Of a stretch of DNA of 50,633 nucleotides, positions 1 through 7,481 are shown in pieces. A program made the translations under genes and the position numbers. Every line of letters starts with the position of its first letter. The first letter of the stretch is position 1. The notes below the pieces were generated by a model. The model had not been told where the DNA came from. It saw only the letters and a program-made list of their open reading frames with translations, and ran no database searches. The DNA is from Spirochaetota bacterium (lineage in GTDB: Bacteria > Spirochaetota > UBA4802 > UBA5550), in NCBI GenBank assembly GCA_050298055.1, contig JBNKTL010000036.1, positions 1 to 50,633 on the forward strand. Reading direction: 5' to 3'.

Positions 1-171
1 TATATTTTCACTACTGTTATTGCAGATGTAAAAATGGAAGCACCTTCCGAAAAAGATTCAGAATCACTGGCAAAATCAATAAGCTATAAAAGCTTTGATA
101 CCATCACAAACAGGCTGATGACATCTCTCAGTGAAAAAGGCAAGGTCGTCAAAAACCTCAAAACAGAATAG
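1..171 (+). CDS. 3' end of a CDS entering from the left edge (YIFTTVIADV...GKVVKNLKTE*), product unknown
   Basis: Frame 1 is open from base 1 to TAG at 169-171 and is followed by AT-rich intergenic sequence. Confidence 0.55.
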   Translation, partial: YIFTTVIADVKMEAPSEKDSESLAKSISYKSFDTITNRLMTSLSEKGKVVKNLKTE

Positions 172-190
172 TTATAGCAAAAAAATACTG

Positions 191-218
191 TTGACTGATT
201 TGAAGTATATAATATAAT
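191..218 (+). promoter_or_regulatory. sigma70-type promoter upstream of cheX
   Basis: TTGACT (191-196), 16-nt spacer, TATAAT (213-218). Confidence 0.5.
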
Positions 219-344
219 AAAAATGATACTGAAATCACCTGCTGATTCCGGTGTTTGTACTGAAATTTACTCTGGATACCCGAAAAACAGCTTATCGCTT
301 GTGAAAACGTGCCGATTATTGATAAGAGGAGAAGTTAACGAGTA

Positions 345-809
345 ATGAATATCAATGCCGAATATGTAAATCCCTTTCTGGAAGCAGCAAGCGCTGTCTT
401 TAAATCTATCCTTAATGTTGATTTGAGAAGGGGAAAACTGGTTATTAAAGAGAGCCCTATTCCCTCCATGAATGTTTCCATAATAATTGGAATTACCGGC
501 GGCGTCACAGGGGAAGTTGTATACAGCATGGAGTTCAATATGGTACAGAAAATTGCAGGTATTCTTGCCCCGGGACTCTCCGAAGAACAGCTTAAATCAG
601 AGTATAAGGACATAATCGGTGAACTGGCAAATATGATTACCGGAAATGCCATGAACCTCTTTGCCACAACGGGGAAGCAGATTGAGATAACAACACCAAC
701 TGTTGTTGAAGGAAAGGAAGTCCAGATAACAATGATCAAGCAGACCACACTGGGAATAAACCTCTACAGCCCCATGGGCCAGCTGGAGATGAATATAGCA
801 CTGAAGTAA
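345..809 (+). CDS. cheX: Chemotaxis phosphatase CheX
   Basis: EYVNPFLEAA start, IGITGGVTG, IGELANMITGNA (ExxN phosphatase motif), ITTPTVVEG; GAGGAG upstream. Confidence 0.93.
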   Translation: MNINAEYVNPFLEAASAVFKSILNVDLRRGKLVIKESPIPSMNVSIIIGITGGVTGEVVYSMEFNMVQKIAGILAPGLSEEQLKSEYKDIIGELANMITGNAMNLFATTGKQIEITTPTVVEGKEVQITMIKQTTLGINLYSPMGQLEMNIALK

Positions 810-831
810 GAACAGCAAGGCTAAACCGGCT

Positions 832-1245
832 TTACTTACCCGGATTTTTATCCTCCATTTCCCCCTGTTTTTCCATCCTCTCTGCAATATCACTGATATC
901 AATATCATCCAGGTTGCTCATAATGATCTCTTCAAGTTCTTCAAGGACCTTTAGCAGGTCATCAGCTGTAGGATGGTGGTCAAAGATGAAAACAATATAG
1001 GCGTGATAACTTTTCGTGATCCTGATACCGAACTGGGAAAAAAAAGCCTTCGCTTCATCCCGTGTCATTATCCCGGAGACTACACTGTCCCCCTCTTTTA
1101 AGATATCAAACCTGGAATGAAACAGCGAGGAATGATCATCTTCTTCGAAGAGATGATATTCAAGACCCGCTTCGTCCAGGAATTCAATAAACGATTTTAT
1201 TCCCAGGAACTTGTAATCAATGAACGGTTTTTCTTTATGACTCAA
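832..1245 (-). CDS. Acidic hypothetical protein coupled to rnfA
   Basis: 137-aa ORF whose TTG start overlaps the rnfA TGA stop (TTGA); no recognised motif; start uncertain. Confidence 0.7.
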   Translation of the reverse strand: MSHKEKPFIDYKFLGIKSFIEFLDEAGLEYHLFEEDDHSSLFHSRFDILKEGDSVVSGIMTRDEAKAFFSQFGIRITKSYHAYIVFIFDHHPTADDLLKVLEELEEIIMSNLDDIDISDIAERMEKQGEMEDKNPGK

Positions 1246-1841
1246 ATTTTCATTCCGGAAAATCCGAGAAAGGCAAGGGAAAGAAGCCCCGCGGTAATAA
1301 ATGTCGCGGGAAGTCCCTGGAGGTTTTTTGGGATATCCGCAAGCTCAAGCCTCTCCCTTATCCCGGCCATGAGAATCAGGGCGATTGTAAAACCGATACC
1401 CGCGCCCATACCCTGGACAACCGATTTTATCAGCCCCATGCTGGCGGTCACAAAGCCGGAGTTAATGTTGAGAACCGCAACACCGAGGACCGCGCAGTTC
1501 GTCGTAATAAGGGGCAGGAAGATACCCAGTGACTCATAGAGCGCCGGTGAGACCTTCTCAATTATCATCTCCACCAGCTGAACAAGGGAAGCAATCACAA
1601 GGATAAAGGTAACTGTCCTCAGGTAGACAATGTCATTGGGGACCAGCGCGTACTTATAGATAAGATATGTCATGAATGAAGCCAGGGTCATGACAAAGAT
1701 CACCGCGAACCCCATACCTATGGCTGAATCGATCTTCTTGGAAACACCCAGGAAGGGACAGAGTCCCAGCATCTGTGACAGGACATAGTTATTGATAAAA
1801 ATCGTACTGATAAGAATTGTAAATAATACCTTGATCTCCAT
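1242..1841 (-). CDS. rnfA: Rnf electron transport complex subunit A
   Basis: NNYVLSQMLGLCPFLGVSKK, LGIFLPLITTNCAVLG, GIRERL; multi-TM. Confidence 0.95.
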   Translation of the reverse strand: MEIKVLFTILISTIFINNYVLSQMLGLCPFLGVSKKIDSAIGMGFAVIFVMTLASFMTYLIYKYALVPNDIVYLRTVTFILVIASLVQLVEMIIEKVSPALYESLGIFLPLITTNCAVLGVAVLNINSGFVTASMGLIKSVVQGMGAGIGFTIALILMAGIRERLELADIPKNLQGLPATFITAGLLSLAFLGFSGMKI

Positions 1842-1859
1842 GGATAATATCTCCTTCTC

Positions 1860-2450
1860 CTATTCCTTCCGCGAGTTGATGGTGTTCATGGCCCAGAGCA
1901 TGAGGCCTATGGTAATAAATGCCCCCGGTGCCAGGATCATTGCCGAAGAGGGTTCCATTCCGGGTATGAGCAGATAACCGAATAGCTTATTGGCCCCCAG
2001 TGTCTCCCTGAAAAACGCGAGAACAACAAGGGCCAATCCGAAACCGAGGCCCATTCCCAGACCGTCAAGGATCGAAACGAAAACACCGTTTTTTGACGCG
2101 AACTCCTCTGCCCGTCCCAGAATAATACAGTTAACAACAATGAGAGGGATAAAGATACCGAGACTTTTATAGACTTCAGGCTGGAAACCCTTCAGGGTAA
2201 GCTCAACGATTGTTACAAATGACGCAATGACGGTAATAAATATGGGTATCCTGATATGGGCCGGGATAAGGTTTTTTGCAAGGGATATGATAATATTCGA
2301 ACAGACCAGTACAAAGGTCGCCGCAAGCATCATCCAGAGAGCATTGGATACCGATGTTGTAACAGCCAGCGTGGGGCAGAGGCCAAGGGCAAGGACAAGA
2401 ATGGGATTTTTTCTCCATAATCCTTTGGTAAATTCCTGCATTTTGCTCAT
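1860..2450 (-). CDS. rnfE: Rnf electron transport complex subunit E
   Basis: NPILVLALGLCPTLAVT, IRIP, LGIFIPLIVVNCIILGRAE, PGAF. Confidence 0.95.
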   Translation of the reverse strand: MSKMQEFTKGLWRKNPILVLALGLCPTLAVTTSVSNALWMMLAATFVLVCSNIIISLAKNLIPAHIRIPIFITVIASFVTIVELTLKGFQPEVYKSLGIFIPLIVVNCIILGRAEEFASKNGVFVSILDGLGMGLGFGLALVVLAFFRETLGANKLFGYLLIPGMEPSSAMILAPGAFITIGLMLWAMNTINSRKE

Positions 2451-3155
2451 CTACTTCTCCTCCTTTGCCGGTGTTTCTTTTCCGAGGACTTTTTTCAGAA
2501 TGGGGATCCCGTTCTCAAGGCTTCGGGTAACGGCCCGTGATGTAATGGTGGCCCCTGTTATGGCTGAAATGGAATTGCGTTTAAGAAGTTCATCACGCAT
2601 CCCCTCATTCCAGTCGCCCATTTTGAGGATCGTGATCTTTTTGAAAAGATTCAGGCCCCTGTACTGTTCCTGGAACCAGGGTTTGGTGGGCTCGTCTTTG
2701 ACTTCCCTGCCCACAAGGAATCCCACAAATGTCAGTTTACTTGCAATCTCGATACACCGCGCTCCCAGTCCCGGGGTCTCAAGCTGTTCCATTATGGAGA
2801 TACCCAGGATCTTCCCGCTTTCATCCACACCCACCATGGAAACAACATCACCGCTGTATCCCGACTTTGAGGTTATATAGGCAATACCCCTGGTGAAAAT
2901 ATCCTCACCTTTTTCATTTTTCGTGCCGGCTTTTTTCTTCCCGATCCAGTATTCGATCTCTTTGCCGTTTATTTTCTCGGTCTGCTTTTCACCAACCTCG
3001 AACCCGGGAAGGACCATGGCAAGAGCATTCTTCTGCTTCTCCTTCTCCTGCTTAACAATCTCAGGATAGGTGAGTTTCATAACATGAGAAAGCAAGAAGG
3101 CTGAAAGAAAAGCCACAATGCCGAGGGTAACAGCTGACTTTCCGATTGTTTTCAT
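2451..3155 (-). CDS. rnfG: Rnf subunit G (FMN-binding)
   Basis: N-terminal TM, GYSG, ETPGLG, AITGATITSRAV flavinylation motif. Confidence 0.92.
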   Translation of the reverse strand: MKTIGKSAVTLGIVAFLSAFLLSHVMKLTYPEIVKQEKEKQKNALAMVLPGFEVGEKQTEKINGKEIEYWIGKKKAGTKNEKGEDIFTRGIAYITSKSGYSGDVVSMVGVDESGKILGISIMEQLETPGLGARCIEIASKLTFVGFLVGREVKDEPTKPWFQEQYRGLNLFKKITILKMGDWNEGMRDELLKRNSISAITGATITSRAVTRSLENGIPILKKVLGKETPAKEEK

Positions 3156-3223
3156 AATTTTCCTCTTGAATAACCTCGATTTTGTTTGGTAAATTTATCT
3201 GCCCCGGGCGGATATCTCTCTAT

Positions 3224-4288
3224 CTACGTACCGAAAATTCTCGGCTTAATATACCTGTCAATCAGAGGAGTAACAGCATTCATAAGGAGTATTGAGTAAG
3301 AGACTCCTTCCGGGTATCCTCCCCATATCCTGATAACAAATGTGATCAAACCGCATCCGGCCCCAAAAACCAGCATCCCTTTATAGGTAACGGGAGATGT
3401 GACCATATCGGTTGCCATGAAAAACGCTCCGAGAATGAGACCTCCCGAAAGCAGATGGAAGAGCACTGCAATGTGAACATTGGGGACACCGGTTATGAGA
3501 TAATAGATGAACGCAAGAGCGGCCACAGTTCCCATATATGCAACCGGGATATGCCAGGTGATTATCCTTTTCCAGAGAAGAAATATCCCTCCCAGGAGGA
3601 GGAACAGGGCAGAGGTTTCACCCACAACACCTCCGATGCTTCCGAAAAAGAGGGGCTTGATCCTGTCAGCTGAAAAAATAAAGCTGTAAAGCCGGTCAAC
3701 TCCCACATTCATCTCATGAAGGATCTTCGGTCCCTCCTTGAGGGCCGTAAGAGGGGTTGCCTGTGTAATGGCATCAAAAAGCTCAGGGGCAAATCCCGGA
3801 CTGTTGTTGATATTCTGCATGAAGACATTTGACTTGCTAAAGCTGAACCATCCTGTTGTCATGTGCACGGGCCAGGAGGCGATCATGAATGCCCTGGCCG
3901 CAAGAGCCGGGTTGAAAATATTGAAACCGAGCCCCCCGAAGAGCTGTTTGACAATAATAATTGCAAAAAATGAACCGATGACCACCATCCAGACAGGGGC
4001 GCCGGGAGGGACATTCATGGCAACAAGAAGGCCAGTAATAACCGCGGAACCGTCCGCTCCTGTTAAACGTTTTTTTATAAGGTATTCATAGCCCACCTCG
4101 GAAACTACCGCCGCTGCTACCGCAGAGACCAGGAGTACCAGGGATTTTATCCCGAAAATATAGACCGAATAAGCCGCTGCCGGGACAAGGGCGGCAACAA
4201 CAAGCCACATGACAGTGGCAACACTCTCCTGGGATTTCACATGGGGCGCACTGGATAAAGTCAGTAGTGATTCTTTTTGTGTTGTCAT
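3224..4288 (-). CDS. rnfD: Rnf subunit D
   Basis: SAPH, DGSAVITGLL, KQLFGGLGFNIFNPAL, DAITQATPL (FMN site), GETSA, FMATDMVTSP, GGYPEGVSYSILLMNA. Confidence 0.95.
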   Translation of the reverse strand: MTTQKESLLTLSSAPHVKSQESVATVMWLVVAALVPAAAYSVYIFGIKSLVLLVSAVAAAVVSEVGYEYLIKKRLTGADGSAVITGLLVAMNVPPGAPVWMVVIGSFFAIIIVKQLFGGLGFNIFNPALAARAFMIASWPVHMTTGWFSFSKSNVFMQNINNSPGFAPELFDAITQATPLTALKEGPKILHEMNVGVDRLYSFIFSADRIKPLFFGSIGGVVGETSALFLLLGGIFLLWKRIITWHIPVAYMGTVAALAFIYYLITGVPNVHIAVLFHLLSGGLILGAFFMATDMVTSPVTYKGMLVFGAGCGLITFVIRIWGGYPEGVSYSILLMNAVTPLIDRYIKPRIFGT

Positions 4289-4306
4289 TTTATTTCCAAA
4301 TCCAAT

Positions 4307-5623
4307 CTATTTTTTCTGTTTGAGCCTTTCCTGGGCAAGCTTAATGAAATGACTCAGGGGCCGTTTGGCAGGACAGCTGAAAGCGCATGAACTGCACATG
4401 ATACAATCATAGGGATTAAGCTTTTCTGCCAGATCAAGCCTGTTCATTTCAACGGCAGTCCCAATATCACAGGGGACAAGTCCCATGGGGCATTCGGCGA
4501 CACATTTTCCACACCTGATACAGGGAAGGTATTCATCTACCGATACCTCCTTTTCAGAGAGAAAAAGAACCCCGGAAGTCCCTTTTACCACAGGGATATC
4601 AAGATTATGGATGCTTGTTCCGCACATGGGTCCGCCCAGGACGATCTTGGCAGGATCTCCTTTAAGCCCTCCGCACTCCTCCACGATATCAGAGAGCTTC
4701 GTTCCGATCCTGACCTTGAAGTTACCCGGTTTATTGATCATTGTTCCGGAAACCGTAATATATCTTTCAAAAAGCGGCTTGTTTAGAGATACCGCTTCAT
4801 AGATTGCCAGTATAGTCCCTACATTCTGAACCACCACGCCAATATCCATGGGAAGGCCTTTTGAGGGGACTTCTCTGCCAAGAAGGCTGTAAATAAGCTG
4901 TTTTTCGGCGCCCTGGGGATATTTTGTCTTCAGCGGAACAACGGTTATTTCTTCCGGAAGGTTGAGCCTCCGGATGGTTTCCTGTAATGTCTTCGCCGCT
5001 TCCCCCTTGTTGTCCTCAATGCCAATAACAGCTTTTTCAATACCGAGGACCTTAAGGGTTATTCTCACACCCAGAAAAATCTCTTCGGGGAAGGTTTTCA
5101 TGAGCATATCATCAATTGTGAGATAAGGTTCGCACTCGGCACCATTTACTACAAGGGTGTCAATACTCTTTTCAGGCGGCGGGGAAAGCTTTACTGACGT
5201 GGGGAACGCGGCCCCTCCGAGACCGACAATTCCCGCGTCCCTGATTTTGTTCAGAATATCATCTTTGGAATACCCTGACCAGTCAACAGATTCTCTCTGT
5301 TTCCCCGAAGCGGAAAACGCGCCCTCCGCCTCAATAACGATGGTCTCTGAGAATCCGCTGCTCACCGGATGACTTGTTATTTCAATAACCTTTCCGGGAA
5401 TGGGAGCATGGACATTGGCGCTGACAAAGCCCTCTGCGGCGGCAATCAGCTGACCTTCTTCAACACTCTGGCCAACCTCCACCACAAGCCTGGCCGGCGC
5501 ACCGATATGCTGCTGAACAGGAACATAACAGAGCTGAGGAATCGAGAGATTTGTAAACGGGAACTCTTCGGTTATCTGTTTATTCTCAGGAGGATGAATA
5601 CCACCTTTAAAGGTTGACGCCAT
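4307..5623 (-). CDS. rnfC: Rnf subunit C
   Basis: FKGGIHPPENK, QHIGAP, GLGGAAFPT, NGAECEPYLT, YPQGAEKQL, GGPMCG, two CxxCxxCxxxCP ferredoxin motifs. Confidence 0.96.
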   Translation of the reverse strand: MASTFKGGIHPPENKQITEEFPFTNLSIPQLCYVPVQQHIGAPARLVVEVGQSVEEGQLIAAAEGFVSANVHAPIPGKVIEITSHPVSSGFSETIVIEAEGAFSASGKQRESVDWSGYSKDDILNKIRDAGIVGLGGAAFPTSVKLSPPPEKSIDTLVVNGAECEPYLTIDDMLMKTFPEEIFLGVRITLKVLGIEKAVIGIEDNKGEAAKTLQETIRRLNLPEEITVVPLKTKYPQGAEKQLIYSLLGREVPSKGLPMDIGVVVQNVGTILAIYEAVSLNKPLFERYITVSGTMINKPGNFKVRIGTKLSDIVEECGGLKGDPAKIVLGGPMCGTSIHNLDIPVVKGTSGVLFLSEKEVSVDEYLPCIRCGKCVAECPMGLVPCDIGTAVEMNRLDLAEKLNPYDCIMCSSCAFSCPAKRPLSHFIKLAQERLKQKK

Positions 5624-5625
5624 AA

Positions 5626-5907
5626 TTAGATTTCCTTGGTTGAATATATCTCGTCTTTAATGGGCAGTTCCTTTCTCAGGTTCTTAATGTAGGGAAAGAG
5701 CTCACCCGATTCGGTGTAATGCTCACATTCATCCATTATTCTTCGTGCAACGGTAAAATACTTATACAACTTCTCTTCTCCTGACCTTTTCACCCATTTT
5801 TTCTGCAGGCACTTTACTCTTAACACGTACCTGTCAGGTTCTGATTCATACTGCCTTATGACAATACAGTTTTGACAATTTGAACAGAAGATCTTATCTT
5901 TAGACAT
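5626..5907 (-). CDS. Small Cys-rich hypothetical protein (CxxCxxC...C...C), first gene of the rnf operon
   Basis: 93 aa, AAGGAG RBS, ends 2 nt before the rnfC start. Confidence 0.8.
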   Translation of the reverse strand: MSKDKIFCSNCQNCIVIRQYESEPDRYVLRVKCLQKKWVKRSGEEKLYKYFTVARRIMDECEHYTESGELFPYIKNLRKELPIKDEIYSTKEI

Positions 5908-6055
5908 TATATTAACTCCTTAAAATCCACTTATCTGGATTTTATTAAATTTGCTTCTGAATTACGCTAAATTGCATGGAATTTTCAATTCAAAATTATA
6001 TTAAAAAACAGTCAAGAGTTTTTGTATAGGTTAAGAGAAATTAATTCCCCCCTGA

Positions 6056-6130
6056 GCCCCCCATCCCCCTGAGGGGGCGAAAGATTTTTTTCTTCCATCA
6101 CTCTTGTGCCCCCTTTGGGGGTTAGGGGGC
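6056..6130. repeat. REP/MITE-like element with imperfect 23-bp inverted arms
   Basis: GCCCCCCATCCCCCTGAGGGGGC (6056-6078) versus reverse complement of 6108-6130 GCCCCCTAACCCCCAAAGGGGGC, 19/23 identical; each arm is itself a small hairpin. Confidence 0.65.
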
Positions 6131-7102
6131 CGCCGAGAAGTACTCCCGTTCCCTGCTGAGATCAAGATAATCGTACCTTGCACACAGCTCCCGGACATAT
6201 TTCAGGTTCTCTTTGAGGAACTTTTTGTGTTCGGGGCTCTCCTCATTCCGGGGCCTGTGGTCCATTGCCGCAGCCAGTCTCTCCATGTCAGCAACGGCAT
6301 TGAGGCAGTCCCCGCTGAAACATGAACGGGAGAACTTTTCCCAGATATAATCTGTAGCAATACGGTTCGGGTGAAGGAGGTCCGCAGCATAAAACCTGTA
6401 ATCCCTCAGGTCATCCATCATCAATTCATATGCAGGGAAATAATCAGCATTTTCACACTTCTCCAGCACAGTGTGAAGAGCTGTTATCAGAAGAGATTTG
6501 CTCAACTGGTTTTCCACCGCCCCGTCCTTCCAGTGCCTCACAGGACTGATAGAAAAGATAAACCTGAGATCGCTCTTGATGGATAAAAGCATGTTTATGA
6601 GCATCTCCACCGAATCCACTATCTCATCCGAGCTGAGCCTGTACCGGACAAAGTAAGATGCCGGAAACCTGTGGCAGTTGGATACGGTCTCCCCTGTGGA
6701 CTTCAACCTGTAGGTAAAGGAGGTGCCAAAGGTTATTATTGCAAGGTCCGCTGTTTTAAGGAACTCAAAGGCCTCATGGAGCCCCGTATTTATCCTCTCA
6801 ATGACTGCCCCGGGATCGTGGCTTGAAAAATCGCTGTGATGAAAGAAGCTGTGCCACTCACCCTGGTACTCAAAAAGGTCATCCCTGTTAAACTCTCTTT
6901 TATCAGCAACCAGTTTCAGTGAATTGAGGATGGATACGGGATTAAAGAGTACACCGAAGGGATTTGCCATTATTCTGAACCTGTACCTCTCCAGGTAGGC
7001 AGATATGTTATCGGCAAAACATGAACCAAGGGTGATAATTCTCTGGTAATGTTCCACCGGGTTACCCGGAGGAACCGGTTCGATTTCAGTTCTGAATTTC
7101 AC
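6122..7102 (-). CDS. GSCFA family protein (SGNH-like)
   Basis: LGSCFAD, NPFGVLFNPVSI, VSNCH, SISPVRH, SKSLL, YFPAYELMMDDLRDYRFYAADLLHPN; GTG start. Confidence 0.92.
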   Translation of the reverse strand: MKFRTEIEPVPPGNPVEHYQRIITLGSCFADNISAYLERYRFRIMANPFGVLFNPVSILNSLKLVADKREFNRDDLFEYQGEWHSFFHHSDFSSHDPGAVIERINTGLHEAFEFLKTADLAIITFGTSFTYRLKSTGETVSNCHRFPASYFVRYRLSSDEIVDSVEMLINMLLSIKSDLRFIFSISPVRHWKDGAVENQLSKSLLITALHTVLEKCENADYFPAYELMMDDLRDYRFYAADLLHPNRIATDYIWEKFSRSCFSGDCLNAVADMERLAAAMDHRPRNEESPEHKKFLKENLKYVRELCARYDYLDLSREREYFSAAP

Positions 7103-7198
7103 TCTTTAAATTTATTCCTGTATCTCTTTTTTTGGTAATGAGCACCTGCTCAGGCTTTATATTAAGAATAATCATATTTATATTAAAACCATAACTAA

Positions 7199-7231
7199 GA
7201 TGTCCCCGCCGCCAAAGGCGGCGGGGACATC
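7199..7231. repeat. Perfect GC-rich palindrome, copy 1 (copy 2 at 24662-24690)
   Basis: GATGTCCCCGCCGCC-AAA-GGCGGCGGGGACATC, 15-bp perfect stem. Confidence 0.85.
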
Positions 7232-7481
7232 CTGTTAATCTTTTTGAAAGGAAACGTCATAGAGGTTCCCTTTTTATAGCCATACAGCAGATGTTATAGA
7301 GTAACATGAATTTTACAACTAAAATATATTCCGGGGACAGTTTATCCGGAAAAATCACATCTCTTCATTTTAATGAGACACCAGCAAAAATTCCTTGATA
7401 AGAGGACTTGAATTTAGTAGAAATGACTTTTCCATAGAGGGCATATTCAAGATCAAACCGGTTTTATAACAGGAAAGCAGT

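Noticed and set aside
292..318. sigma28-like GCCGATTA upstream of cheX
   Set aside because: No TAAA -35 element at the expected spacing, and a good sigma70-like promoter lies upstream
1117..5617. Many plus-strand ORFs of 60-217 aa over the rnf operon
   Set aside because: Antisense shadows of well-supported genes, with no motifs or RBS; the same applies to 42920-43787, 45297-46142 and similar ORFs
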